Source: a virus. Taken from it: a DNA stretch of 64,000 bases. A model generated the notes under the pieces. That model saw only the letters and a program-made list of their open reading frames with translations, was not told the DNA's origin and did no database searches. Below, piece by piece: positions 47,391-56,348 of this stretch. Each line of letters begins with the position of its first letter. Positions within the stretch are counted from its first letter, which is position 1. The translations under genes and the position numbers were made by a program. The DNA lies in IMG/VR virus record IMGVR_UViG_3300050159_000095. One strand, 5' to 3'.

Positions 47391-48074
47391 ATGCTCGCTG
47401 AATTCCAACAACGTGCTCGGCGCAACCTGAACTTGGCTGATTTTGCCTCAGGTAGCCATCCAATCCACATGATTGATTCGGTTGCTGTTCCTCCTGTGGA
47501 TCGGCAATACATCCTGCGCATGATGGTCCGCAGCCCGGGTTCTTGTTGCCTCTACATCCCCAACGAACTTGACTGGTTGCGGAGTGAGATTGAACTCTTG
47601 TGTGATCTCCAAGATGATCTCGGCTTCAACAACCAGTACGTGTACGTCACTGTGCGTCACGGCATCGTCACATCCAGCCGCGATGCTGAATGGCATGTTG
47701 ACGGGTTCTCCATGCGATGCCCCCATCTTCCAGAGCAAGACTATGTGTGCAGCCATTCTGCTCCGACAGAATTCCTGCTGAACAACTGGGAGATCCCTGC
47801 CGACTTCGACCCGTTCAAGCACAACATTCATCGCTACTTCCAGGACCGTGAGGATCAGGGAGAGCGGTTTGTCGGGGCTCCCCATCGTGTCTATTTGATG
47901 GATCCGTACTGCGTCCATCACCGCCCACTGGTGGCGGCTGGTACGATGCGCACGTTCTGGCGCGTGTCGTTTGTGCCAATTGAGATTGAAGACGATACGT
48001 GCACTCAGAATCCGCTGTTGCCTCGCAAGGTGCATGGCCGCAGCGACATTCGCAATGTGCTCGTTCGTTATTGA
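47391..48074 (+). CDS. possible 2OG-Fe(II) dioxygenase-fold protein
   Basis: WHVDG (HxD) plus distal CVHH and RTFWRV. Confidence 0.45.
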   Translation: MLAEFQQRARRNLNLADFASGSHPIHMIDSVAVPPVDRQYILRMMVRSPGSCCLYIPNELDWLRSEIELLCDLQDDLGFNNQYVYVTVRHGIVTSSRDAEWHVDGFSMRCPHLPEQDYVCSHSAPTEFLLNNWEIPADFDPFKHNIHRYFQDREDQGERFVGAPHRVYLMDPYCVHHRPLVAAGTMRTFWRVSFVPIEIEDDTCTQNPLLPRKVHGRSDIRNVLVRY

Positions 48075-48083
48075 CTTGGCCCG

Positions 48084-48112
48084 TTGACGTTTCACCCTTA
48101 AACGCATATAGT
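48084..48112 (+). promoter_or_regulatory. phage early promoter, family member 2
   Basis: TTGACGTTTCACCCTTAA shared with 47332; TATAGT at N17. Confidence 0.75.
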
Positions 48113-48146
48113 AGCGTTATTGCGTTCAACACACAGGACTAAATCA

Positions 48147-49316
48147 ATGTCTGACATCGCTCTCGACGAATTCGAACAACTCGACGTTGCCTCCGCTGCC
48201 AGTGAAGCTGTGGGTGATGAGGACAGTGAAATGTTCGGCGACAAGGAGGTTCGCTGGTACCAGATCGCTGCTCGCAACGCCGTGGAAGCGCACCTGGAAG
48301 CGAATCGCAACGCTCGCATCCTGATCGTGCTGCCGACTGGCGCTGGCAAGACGATCACGTCTGGCCTCGTGTTTTCGTCGATCCGTGTGCGCAAGGCCCT
48401 CGGCATCGAGGACGGCAAGCCTCTGCGCCTGCTGTTCATCGCTCACAAGCACCGTCTGCTGTCGCAAGCTGAACTCGCATACGCTGACGCTGAAGGTGTG
48501 CAGTTCATCCAACAATCAGCGTTCAGCGATCTGCCGGCGGATCTGGAAGTGGATATCGTCTGTATCGACGAAGCTCACCACGAGGCCATGTCGACGATTC
48601 AGTACCATCTGGAAAAGCTCGGCAACTTTCCGATCATTGGCCTCACTGCCACTCCTGATCGTGCTGACGGTTGCCTGATCAAGTTCGACAACATCGTCAA
48701 TCCGATCTCTCGTGAACAAGCTGTGGCTGAGGGCTACCTGGCTCCCACCCACATTCACTCGTTCATCGACGTGCCGTCGAAGGAAAAGGTCGCTGTGCTG
48801 ACTGACATCTTCGCCGAATACGCATGGCAGATGGGTCAGACGATGGTGTTCGTCAAGACGAAGAAGGAAGTGAACGCGATCGCCACGGTGCTGGAAAACC
48901 TGGGCTACGATGCTGTTGGCATCACTGACCAGAATGAGCGGGAACTGAACAACCTGCTGGAAGCATTCTCACGTGGTGAGGTGAAGTTTCTGATCAACTG
49001 CAACAAGATCAACGAAGGTGTGGACGTCAAAGGCTGCACTGACGTGGTGCTTGGTCGCCAGTTCGGTTCGTATCCGCAGCTGAACCAAGTGATTGGCCGT
49101 GCTGCACGTCCTGACAGCGACTGCAACGTGTGGGAGCTCGTCAACCCGCTGTCTGGCCGCAATCTGGATACGACCGTTGTCGTTGGTACTCCGGAATCGC
49201 ATCGTCTCGTCAACAAGGAAGGTGGTCGCTGGGTTGAACGCCAGTTCAACTACATCACTCACCGCACTAACAAGCAGCTGGGTATTTCGTCTGGCATCCG
49301 AATCGTTCACCGTTGA
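48147..49316 (+). CDS. superfamily II (UvsW-like) helicase
   Basis: PTGAGKT; IDEAHH; GLTATPDR; EGVD; QVIGRAAR. Confidence 0.92.
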   Translation: MSDIALDEFEQLDVASAASEAVGDEDSEMFGDKEVRWYQIAARNAVEAHLEANRNARILIVLPTGAGKTITSGLVFSSIRVRKALGIEDGKPLRLLFIAHKHRLLSQAELAYADAEGVQFIQQSAFSDLPADLEVDIVCIDEAHHEAMSTIQYHLEKLGNFPIIGLTATPDRADGCLIKFDNIVNPISREQAVAEGYLAPTHIHSFIDVPSKEKVAVLTDIFAEYAWQMGQTMVFVKTKKEVNAIATVLENLGYDAVGITDQNERELNNLLEAFSRGEVKFLINCNKINEGVDVKGCTDVVLGRQFGSYPQLNQVIGRAARPDSDCNVWELVNPLSGRNLDTTVVVGTPESHRLVNKEGGRWVERQFNYITHRTNKQLGISSGIRIVHR

Positions 49317-49327
49317 GGGAGTCGAAC

Positions 49328-49540
49328 ATGGGACACTGTAAGGACTGCAAGTACTGGGAGCCTGGTGAGGGTTGGTTCTGCCGATCTGACCGAGGCTACT
49401 GCAATCAGCCGACTGGCGGTGAAGACCAGCCTGTGAAGCCTGAGCGTGGCCAGGGTGGCCACGGAGAGCCTGGTGATCCTGGTCGTCTGAAAACTGGTCC
49501 AAACTACGGCTGCATCCATTTCATCAAAAAGGTTAGTTGA
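49328..49540 (+). CDS. small Cys-containing protein
   Basis: CKDCKYW...GYC...YGCIHF. Confidence 0.65.
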   Translation: MGHCKDCKYWEPGEGWFCRSDRGYCNQPTGGEDQPVKPERGQGGHGEPGDPGRLKTGPNYGCIHFIKKVS

Positions 49541-49541
49541 T

Positions 49542-49967
49542 ATGCTCACTCTGCCCCCCGTCCGTGCTTCCAAGCTGTTTGACGCCACCACGGTGACTCG
49601 TGAGGAAATTGTCGATCTCCTTCGCCGCTGGGGGTATGACCATGGTGCCATCATCCACGGTCTTCTCCTACAGATCGCTGAACTGCGAGGGTTTGAGCCG
49701 ATCACGGTTGTTGACATCTATCCTGACCGCAATCACGGCTGGGAAGTGCTGCCGTGCGAGACGCTCAGTGCAGCCCAACAACTGGTTGGTGGATGTTGTG
49801 ACGGAGACACCCAACAATATCGCTACCTCGGCTGCCACGATTCTCACAGAGGAAAGAAGTACTTTGTGTTGTGGTGGGGGGGGGCCCACACCCCCCCCCA
49901 CGACCTCGTCAACAAGAAAATGAAACAATACGGAGCACGAGATGACCAATTCTACTGCAAAGACTGA
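49542..49967 (+). CDS. hypothetical protein containing G9/C9 tracts
   Basis: ORF; homopolymers at 49876-49884 and 49891-49899. Confidence 0.55.
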   Translation: MLTLPPVRASKLFDATTVTREEIVDLLRRWGYDHGAIIHGLLLQIAELRGFEPITVVDIYPDRNHGWEVLPCETLSAAQQLVGGCCDGDTQQYRYLGCHDSHRGKKYFVLWWGGAHTPPHDLVNKKMKQYGARDDQFYCKD

Positions 49968-50139
49968 ACTGAAGGTGTACGTGCAAGGTCACGGCATCTA
50001 TGGCTGCTTGATCGTGATCACACACAGCGAAGCGGACGCTCGTGAAAAGATGATGAGCGAATACACGTACGATCCGAACAAGGAACTGGACGCGTACGGT
50101 GTGGAAGGCTTCACATACTTCAACTACGGAGACGCGTGA
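49942..50139 (+). CDS. small hypothetical protein
   Basis: GGAG RBS. Confidence 0.65.
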   Translation: MTNSTAKTELKVYVQGHGIYGCLIVITHSEADAREKMMSEYTYDPNKELDAYGVEGFTYFNYGDA

Positions 50140-50351
50140 TGGGAAAGATCGTGGATGTTGAGATGGCAAACGGAAATCCGTTGATTGTTGAACGTCGTGG
50201 TGATGGCAAGTATGATGTGATCGTCGCTGACGTGGTTCGGCATCCTGGATGTGATGCGGAAAGCGTGATGCATGCGCTTGGACACTACATCCACAGCATG
50301 GCTCACAACTGCCGCAAATATCACAATGTGGCAGTTGACGCGAAACCCTAG
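50136..50351 (+). CDS. small hypothetical protein
   Basis: GTGA overlap. Confidence 0.65.
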   Translation: MMGKIVDVEMANGNPLIVERRGDGKYDVIVADVVRHPGCDAESVMHALGHYIHSMAHNCRKYHNVAVDAKP

Positions 50352-50374
50352 ATCCGTTATAGTGGCTTCATCAG
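50335..50374 (+). promoter_or_regulatory. phage early promoter, family member 3
   Basis: TTGACG-N17-TATAGT-GGCTTCATCAG, near-identical to 52248-52287. Confidence 0.8.
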
Positions 50375-50392
50375 CTAACACAGGAGATCAAC

Positions 50393-50965
50393 ATGGCCCG
50401 TTTCAGCGTCGGTGAAAAAGTAATCGCGTTCCGCTACATCATCCGCGGCAAGAAGGGCTTGTTCGGCAATCCGATGTTCTGGCCAGGCGAGGACGTTCTC
50501 GATGACGTCAAGATGCATGTGTTGACCGTGGATGAACACCACATGGTTGCCTGGGACCAAGATCCCAACCAGGAAAAGAAGTACGACGGCTTCCTGTTGA
50601 AGGACGCTACCGGTCAGGTGTGGTCGAACCAGTACCCAACGGCCGCGTACGGCCAAATCAGCGACGCGGCCGACTGGCGGTTCGACATGAAGTTCCCTGA
50701 CAACGCCGATTTCAACACTCTGTCTGACGAACAACTCGCCGTGTTTGAGGACGTCACGCAGGTGATCGACCGCGTCAAGCGTGGCATTGACCAGATGAAA
50801 GGCAGTTCGGACGGCCAGCGCAGCGTCCTGGCTGAGCAATTGCAGGTGCATCTCAACTGGCTGACCAAGAAAGTCAAGAAGGAAACTGGCGCTGACGTTG
50901 TGTTCACGCCGATCTGGAAGGATCATCCTGAAATCACTCACGCTACCCTCGTGTGGCCTCAATAA
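50393..50965 (+). CDS. hypothetical protein
   Basis: AGGAG RBS behind early promoter; NQYP.A.YGQ motif. Confidence 0.8.
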   Translation: MARFSVGEKVIAFRYIIRGKKGLFGNPMFWPGEDVLDDVKMHVLTVDEHHMVAWDQDPNQEKKYDGFLLKDATGQVWSNQYPTAAYGQISDAADWRFDMKFPDNADFNTLSDEQLAVFEDVTQVIDRVKRGIDQMKGSSDGQRSVLAEQLQVHLNWLTKKVKKETGADVVFTPIWKDHPEITHATLVWPQ

Positions 50966-50978
50966 GGAGAAACAAAAC

Positions 50979-51200
50979 ATGGCAAATCTCGCCCAATGGA
51001 TCGGCTTCATCGCCCTGGTCACTCTCGGTGCAAAGCTGGTATACAACGGAATTGCGCTGTCTTTCCTGACGTGGATCTTCTCGTCTAGTAACAGCAAGCC
51101 CAGTCCGGAAACTTTGGTTGGCCTCGCAATCGCGGCGGCGGGAGGATTCGTCTTGTACATCGCCAGCTACGCTGCTCCATTCACTATCAGTGTGCACTGA
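50979..51200 (+). CDS. small membrane protein
   Basis: AAGGAG RBS; hydrophobic helices. Confidence 0.7.
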   Translation: MANLAQWIGFIALVTLGAKLVYNGIALSFLTWIFSSSNSKPSPETLVGLAIAAAGGFVLYIASYAAPFTISVH

Positions 51201-51202
51201 TC

Positions 51203-51547
51203 ATGGCTATGTACAAAATCCGCAACACCAAAACTGGCCTGTACAGCAAGGGCGGAGACCGTCCTTCCTGGAGTAAGGCTGGCAAGGTGTGGAAGCGTCT
51301 CGGCGATTTGTCCTCCCACTTTACTCAGGTTGGTGCACGCGGTCGAAGTGTGTACCAGGATGCTGAAGTGGTGGAATTTGAATTGGTTGAAAAGCTGATC
51401 ACGCCCGCCATCAACTTCGTTCAAGAAGCGGACCGACGCAGGCAGGACAAGATTGAAGAAGCTGAACAACGGCGCCGCGACTATCAGTTCCAGCACGAGC
51501 AGGCTGAGTTGAAGCGCCTGCTCGCCAAACACGGAGTCCCCAAGTGA
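51203..51547 (+). CDS. hypothetical protein
   Basis: YKIRN..TGLYSKGG...WS..GKVW motif. Confidence 0.75.
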   Translation: MAMYKIRNTKTGLYSKGGDRPSWSKAGKVWKRLGDLSSHFTQVGARGRSVYQDAEVVEFELVEKLITPAINFVQEADRRRQDKIEEAEQRRRDYQFQHEQAELKRLLAKHGVPK

Positions 51548-52251
51548 ACATCACACTTCGTCCGGTCGTCGGCAGTGTTCAAACACGCATCATCGTTGAC
51601 AATCAATACGCTGGTTGGTATACTATGACCGACCGTAATGACAGCGACGAGATTGTCTACAGCTTGAATGAACAATTCCGTGGTAATGGGTTGATGGCGA
51701 AAGTGCTCGCCAAAATTCTCACCAACGCTGATCGGGATATCACTGCCCGCGTTGAGCCGGAAAACCGTGCCTCCCGCATTACGCTGAAGCGTAATGGCTT
51801 CGTTAAAACTGGCGAGGACGATGTGTGGATCTTCATGCGTTGGCACTGTCCGACCATCGCAGATGTCCCAACTCGTTCGCTGTTGAGTGCCCTGCGCAGC
51901 TACCGAGCGCACGGGTATGATTACTGGACGAACGAACCGCAGGCAATTGTACTCAAAGTGAGCCACAACCGTCGGGAAGTGTTCACCGAACAAGAGTTGA
52001 TGGCTGAACTGAGCAAGCGCCCACATATTGCAAATGCTCGGGAAGGAAAGGTCGTTCGGCGTCTGATGGCCACAAACCACATGACAGAAGCGGAAGTTCG
52101 TCGCCACCCGGTGTTGGGTCAACAGGTAGTCGACGCACAATACCCGAGCCGACGTGAGTGCACACCTAAGTGGGCTCGTACCACCGGGAAGCTGTACGGC
52201 AAAAGTTTCGCAAGACTGTTCAAGGTTAAGCGTCGCAAGTCTGGTCGTTGA
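51544..52251 (+). CDS. GNAT (RimJ/RimL-like) acetyltransferase fused to unknown domain
   Basis: YSLNEQFRGNGLM; V.PEN.ASR..L.RNGF; distinct C-terminal ~130 aa. Confidence 0.65.
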   Translation: MNITLRPVVGSVQTRIIVDNQYAGWYTMTDRNDSDEIVYSLNEQFRGNGLMAKVLAKILTNADRDITARVEPENRASRITLKRNGFVKTGEDDVWIFMRWHCPTIADVPTRSLLSALRSYRAHGYDYWTNEPQAIVLKVSHNRREVFTEQELMAELSKRPHIANAREGKVVRRLMATNHMTEAEVRRHPVLGQQVVDAQYPSRRECTPKWARTTGKLYGKSFARLFKVKRRKSGR

Positions 52252-52287
52252 CTCGAAACCCTAAATCCGTTATAGTGGCTTCATCAG
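52248..52287 (+). promoter_or_regulatory. phage early promoter, family member 4
   Basis: TTGACT-N17-TATAGT-GGCTTCATCAG. Confidence 0.8.
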
Positions 52288-52308
52288 TTAAACAACGAGA
52301 GCCCAACA

Positions 52309-53568
52309 ATGATTCATTTTGACCAGTCGCTGCTGTCCGTCGAAATCGTCCAACTGAAGATGGTGACAACTTCGCTGGGCGGCAGCATTTCTGTGGTGGA
52401 TGAAGCGGCTTCGGCGAAAGCCAAACGAGAAACGACGAAGCGTGTTGAAGTGCCGATGGCTGTCGCACGCGCGTTCATCATGAAGACCAAGAAGATCACG
52501 AAGTACATCAAGCCGGTGTACACCGCTGTCGTGCGTTACGGCAAACACGTGATCGCGCTGGAACGCCACCCTCTCGCTGGCCTGGGTGCGTTGGAAACTG
52601 AAGGATTCGACGGCAAGCCCCGTCGTTGGATCCCTGACTGCGAAGCGAACATCAACCAATTGATCAAGCCGATGCTTGCGTCCAACACTCACAAGTGGTA
52701 CTTCGACGGTCGCTATATGTTCTCTTTCGAACAAGATGACCTGCAGGTGGCAGCGGCCTGTGGCGCCAACCTGACCGAAGATGGGCGCTTCCGCAAGGTT
52801 CCTGTGACGTCGGTCGACCTGCAAGAGCTGAGCAACAAGGACAAGCTGGCTCCCTCGAACCGTTCGTGTATGGCATTCATCGCCACCAACGGTGCGTTCG
52901 CGATCTCTCCTCCGATCTGGAAAAACCTGTCGGACGTTGGCTCCACGCAGTTCAAGGGTGTGGACAAGGAAGACAAGATGGACAACATCACGGACGTTGC
53001 GTTTGCCAATCTGGGAACGGACACGGACGGCGTGACCAACATGGTCGGTGCTGGCACGTTCGATCGCATTGACGAAACGCTGTCCGTCAACCTGAATTTT
53101 GCGTTGAAGGCTGGCCAAGAAATCGGCCAGCAGTTCGGCTACGAGTTCGTGGAACCACTTCAACTGCCACGTCTGATGATCGAGCTCCATACCGTCAACC
53201 TGCCGACCGTTCCCAAGACGGTCAAGGCAACGTACGACATCGGTCTGAAGTTCACTCACGCGATGGCATGGCTGCTCGGCATGTCACGCAAGGCAAACGA
53301 CCTGGACACGTACATCGTGATGCGTTCGCTGATGAAGTACTTGACCAAGAAGGGCATCTTCCGCAGCAATGTGTTTGATGCGAGCCGCGTGTTCGTTGGC
53401 GGCCAAACGGCTGCTGACGTGCCCGTGAAGTCTCTGGTTGACATGATGAAAAATGTCGACCAACTGCGTCCCAACCTGTCCGTGTTCCTTGCAGAAGCAC
53501 GCCGTAACGGCAAGGGCGGTGCCACTAACATCCAAAACGTTGGTGGCCTGCTGAATGAGGAAGAATGA
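52309..53568 (+). CDS. hypothetical protein
   Basis: 419-aa ORF behind early promoter. Confidence 0.8.
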   Translation: MIHFDQSLLSVEIVQLKMVTTSLGGSISVVDEAASAKAKRETTKRVEVPMAVARAFIMKTKKITKYIKPVYTAVVRYGKHVIALERHPLAGLGALETEGFDGKPRRWIPDCEANINQLIKPMLASNTHKWYFDGRYMFSFEQDDLQVAAACGANLTEDGRFRKVPVTSVDLQELSNKDKLAPSNRSCMAFIATNGAFAISPPIWKNLSDVGSTQFKGVDKEDKMDNITDVAFANLGTDTDGVTNMVGAGTFDRIDETLSVNLNFALKAGQEIGQQFGYEFVEPLQLPRLMIELHTVNLPTVPKTVKATYDIGLKFTHAMAWLLGMSRKANDLDTYIVMRSLMKYLTKKGIFRSNVFDASRVFVGGQTAADVPVKSLVDMMKNVDQLRPNLSVFLAEARRNGKGGATNIQNVGGLLNEEE

Positions 53569-54095
53569 TGAAATTTCCTGAAGTCAAATATGATGTGCTG
53601 CCATCTGGGCAGCGATCATACTATCCACCCATGCGATTCGATATCGTACATGGTGCTGAACGGCTGTACATGTGGCCCGAGGATGTCACCGTGCCATTTG
53701 ATACCAAAGAAATCGCGGAGCAATGGATCATTGATCGCGTGGACGAAAACAAGCGTGGTGAATACACTGTACTTGAGATCCCCAATAACGTTGAGCCGAT
53801 GTGGTATGTCGAGCTCCGCAATGAGGTTAAGCCGGGTGTGTTTGTTGAGAACTGCTCGTGCCAGGTTGTCGAAGTGATCTCCGTTGACTACGACAGTGGA
53901 CACATGCATTGTGTGTCTGCTCATAACGGTCAACGGAGCGATTGCGATCTGTACCACTGCGGCATTGTGGTATTGTCGCCGGAAGAAGTAGAGCGGAAGA
54001 AAGCCATTTATGTCAACGCCGGTGGTGGTGAAGCTGGTCTGAGGGCTCTTGGCGAAGATTGGGTTGCCCGTTGTTGTGAACAGGAGGAAACCTGA
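53565..54095 (+). CDS. hypothetical protein
   Basis: ATGA overlap; CS..HC motif. Confidence 0.7.
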   Translation: MMKFPEVKYDVLPSGQRSYYPPMRFDIVHGAERLYMWPEDVTVPFDTKEIAEQWIIDRVDENKRGEYTVLEIPNNVEPMWYVELRNEVKPGVFVENCSCQVVEVISVDYDSGHMHCVSAHNGQRSDCDLYHCGIVVLSPEEVERKKAIYVNAGGGEAGLRALGEDWVARCCEQEET

Positions 54096-54119
54096 AAGCG
54101 TGTGATGTAAATATGCTTG

Positions 54120-54148
54120 TTGACTTCTCATCGTGTTCATGATATGAT
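54120..54148 (+). promoter_or_regulatory. sigma70-like promoter
   Basis: TTGACT-N17-TATGAT. Confidence 0.65.
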
Positions 54149-54236
54149 GCGAAGCATTGGGGAACGCAGTTTCGCGAACTTCAATGTAGTTCAACACTCT
54201 CTCAACTAAATGTCTGCGGACAGATAGGATACAAAA

Positions 54237-55313
54237 ATGACTCAAGAATTCACCCTCCTGCGTGGTGCACACGTCGACGTTCGTGGCATCGTCAACGCCA
54301 AGAAGCAACACGAAGCCGAGATCATCATTGACGGCAAGTTCTCCCACCGCTTCAGCCCCAAGTCGCGTGTCTCCAAGCACCTCGACGTGATGACTCCGAA
54401 GGATCTCGCTGAACGCCTCACCGGTGGCTCGTACTTCCTCATTGACGACAAACTCGTCGACTTCCGTGACGGCTCGTACAACGGCTTCATCCACACTGAC
54501 CAATCGGTCGGCAAGTTCATGGACATCCTGGGTTTCCAGGAACGCAGCCAACTCGGCGCCCTGCACCGCCGCAAGCGCCCTGCTGACGACGACGTCGGCG
54601 GTGACTACGTCCTGCGCAAGGTGTGGTCTGACCACGGCATCAAGGTTCCTGGCTATGATGAAGGTGGCGACTTCACGTCGCAACTGTCGTTCGTGTGGAA
54701 TCCGTACGTCAGGACGATCAACAGCGCCTACGACCTTGTGCGCCTGATCTGCACGAACGGTGCGATCGGCCTGACCAGCTTCCTGAACAGCAAGATCCCG
54801 TTGGTCAACCGCTGGGAGGAACACTTGGACATCGCTTCGCGTCAGATCCAGAACAAGGTGTCCAGCGTCGTGATCGACCGCGTGCAAGCGATGGGCACGG
54901 AACGTGCTTCGGTTGGCGACTGCCTGCTGCTGGAACAGCACGTGTTCGACCGGTTGCACAGCGCTGGTACCAAGTCACAGAACGAGCGTGAAATGTTGCT
55001 GAACCTGCTGGCTGTCGTGTCCCCGAAGGCCCATCTGAACGGCGTGTACAAGGACGGCGTGTTTGGCGACAAGACCCTGGCTGCCCAACTGCCCTCTCAC
55101 CTGACCGCATTTGATGCGTACAACATCGCCACGGAAGTGCGTACGCACAGCGCCGACTCGAAGAAGAGCTCGGACAACGCTCTCGACCGGTTCGCCAACG
55201 GACTGTTGTTCGATCGTGAGGACAACTTCGGTGCAGCCGCTGCTCGTCTGTCCGCGCCCAAGCTGAGCGCGTTCTCCGACCCCAACGCCGCGTTTTTTGG
55301 GCACATCAGCTGA
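54237..55313 (+). CDS. DUF932-like protein
   Basis: RLICTNGAI motif; YNIATE near C-terminus. Confidence 0.6.
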   Translation: MTQEFTLLRGAHVDVRGIVNAKKQHEAEIIIDGKFSHRFSPKSRVSKHLDVMTPKDLAERLTGGSYFLIDDKLVDFRDGSYNGFIHTDQSVGKFMDILGFQERSQLGALHRRKRPADDDVGGDYVLRKVWSDHGIKVPGYDEGGDFTSQLSFVWNPYVRTINSAYDLVRLICTNGAIGLTSFLNSKIPLVNRWEEHLDIASRQIQNKVSSVVIDRVQAMGTERASVGDCLLLEQHVFDRLHSAGTKSQNEREMLLNLLAVVSPKAHLNGVYKDGVFGDKTLAAQLPSHLTAFDAYNIATEVRTHSADSKKSSDNALDRFANGLLFDREDNFGAAAARLSAPKLSAFSDPNAAFFGHIS

Positions 55314-55337
55314 AAAGAGCCCTTCGGGGCTCTTTTT
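55313..55337 (+). terminator. intrinsic terminator (UUCG loop)
   Basis: Identical to the terminator at 10406. Confidence 0.9.
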
Positions 55338-55360
55338 GTTCCTGTTGCTTTTTTAGGGTT

Positions 55361-55747
55361 TTGCGGTATGATTACAGCATTCCCTATCTTGAGGAGATAT
55401 CCATGATCGAACGTCGCATTTCCGCTACACCCCACGATCCAACTGCGCTTGAAAAGCGTGGTCTGCAGCTTCTGGCAGTGATCGAATCCACTGCGATGAC
55501 GGATGATATCAACAGTTTCCTGAAGTTCTTGCTGAAGCAAGCACAGATCGCCCGGTCCAACGCTGCATTTGGTGGTGCGATGCATGACGGAGGTGCCAGT
55601 CAGCTGGAAGACCAAGTTGAAGTTTACTTGGCAGGCATCCGATTGTCCATCCCGGAGCAATGGACCAGCCGCAAGCAGAAGCACATGCGCGAAACCGATC
55701 CCGACTACGCTGTGTTCCTGAAGCTCAAAGAAAAATTTGGAGAGTGA
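55361..55747 (+). CDS. hypothetical protein
   Basis: Ends DPDY..FLKLKEKF; start may be 55404. Confidence 0.65.
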   Translation: MRYDYSIPYLEEISMIERRISATPHDPTALEKRGLQLLAVIESTAMTDDINSFLKFLLKQAQIARSNAAFGGAMHDGGASQLEDQVEVYLAGIRLSIPEQWTSRKQKHMRETDPDYAVFLKLKEKFGE

Positions 55748-55749
55748 GT

Positions 55750-56007
55750 ATGAGTAGCACCACAACGCTCAAACTTGGGCACCACATCTGGTTTGTGGTG
55801 CATCATACCGGCTCTACTATTACTGGGCTGGAGGAACACGATTTCCGCGAAGGTGGAGGGTTGCTCCTCCACCCTGGTAGCACGTGGGAGCAGATGTTCT
55901 TGTCTCACGTGGAAGCGCGTTGCGCTGAGGGGAAGGCATCACCGTTCTATGAGCAGGCTGTGCAACTTCTCGTGAGCATCGCCGACCAGGAATCTGTTGG
56001 AGAGTAA
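55750..56007 (+). CDS. hypothetical protein
   Basis: GGAG RBS. Confidence 0.6.
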   Translation: MSSTTTLKLGHHIWFVVHHTGSTITGLEEHDFREGGGLLLHPGSTWEQMFLSHVEARCAEGKASPFYEQAVQLLVSIADQESVGE

Positions 56008-56009
56008 CT

Positions 56010-56348
56010 GTGGTATTCGATGACCTGGACGACTTTGACATTGATGGGTATAATAGTGCTGGTGTGCACAGCTCCCACTATTACAACCGCAATGGAACGC
56101 GTCGGGACAACGACTACGACGACAACTACTGCTACGAACCGTCTCCGCCGGTCGTACCCAAGCCCGTTGCCCCTGCAGTACAACCTCAGTACGTATTCAT
56201 GAACAAATGGGAGCTGATCACCTCCACAGAAGTTCAGCATGCAATTTGCATGGCTCTGGCTGCCAAAGATCGGCAGATTCGTGAATACCAAGATGAAATC
56301 CTTCAACTGCACGAGAAGATCAATCGTGCTCAAACCGCACTGGAGTGA
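56010..56348 (+). CDS. hypothetical protein
   Basis: Asp/Asn/Tyr-rich N-terminus; start uncertain. Confidence 0.6.
   Translation: MVFDDLDDFDIDGYNSAGVHSSHYYNRNGTRRDNDYDDNYCYEPSPPVVPKPVAPAVQPQYVFMNKWELITSTEVQHAICMALAAKDRQIREYQDEILQLHEKINRAQTALE

Noticed and set aside
10406-55337. Identical 25-mer at 10406 and 55313 as mobile-element ends
   Set aside because: Both are ordinary UUCG-loop terminators after unrelated genes 45 kb apart
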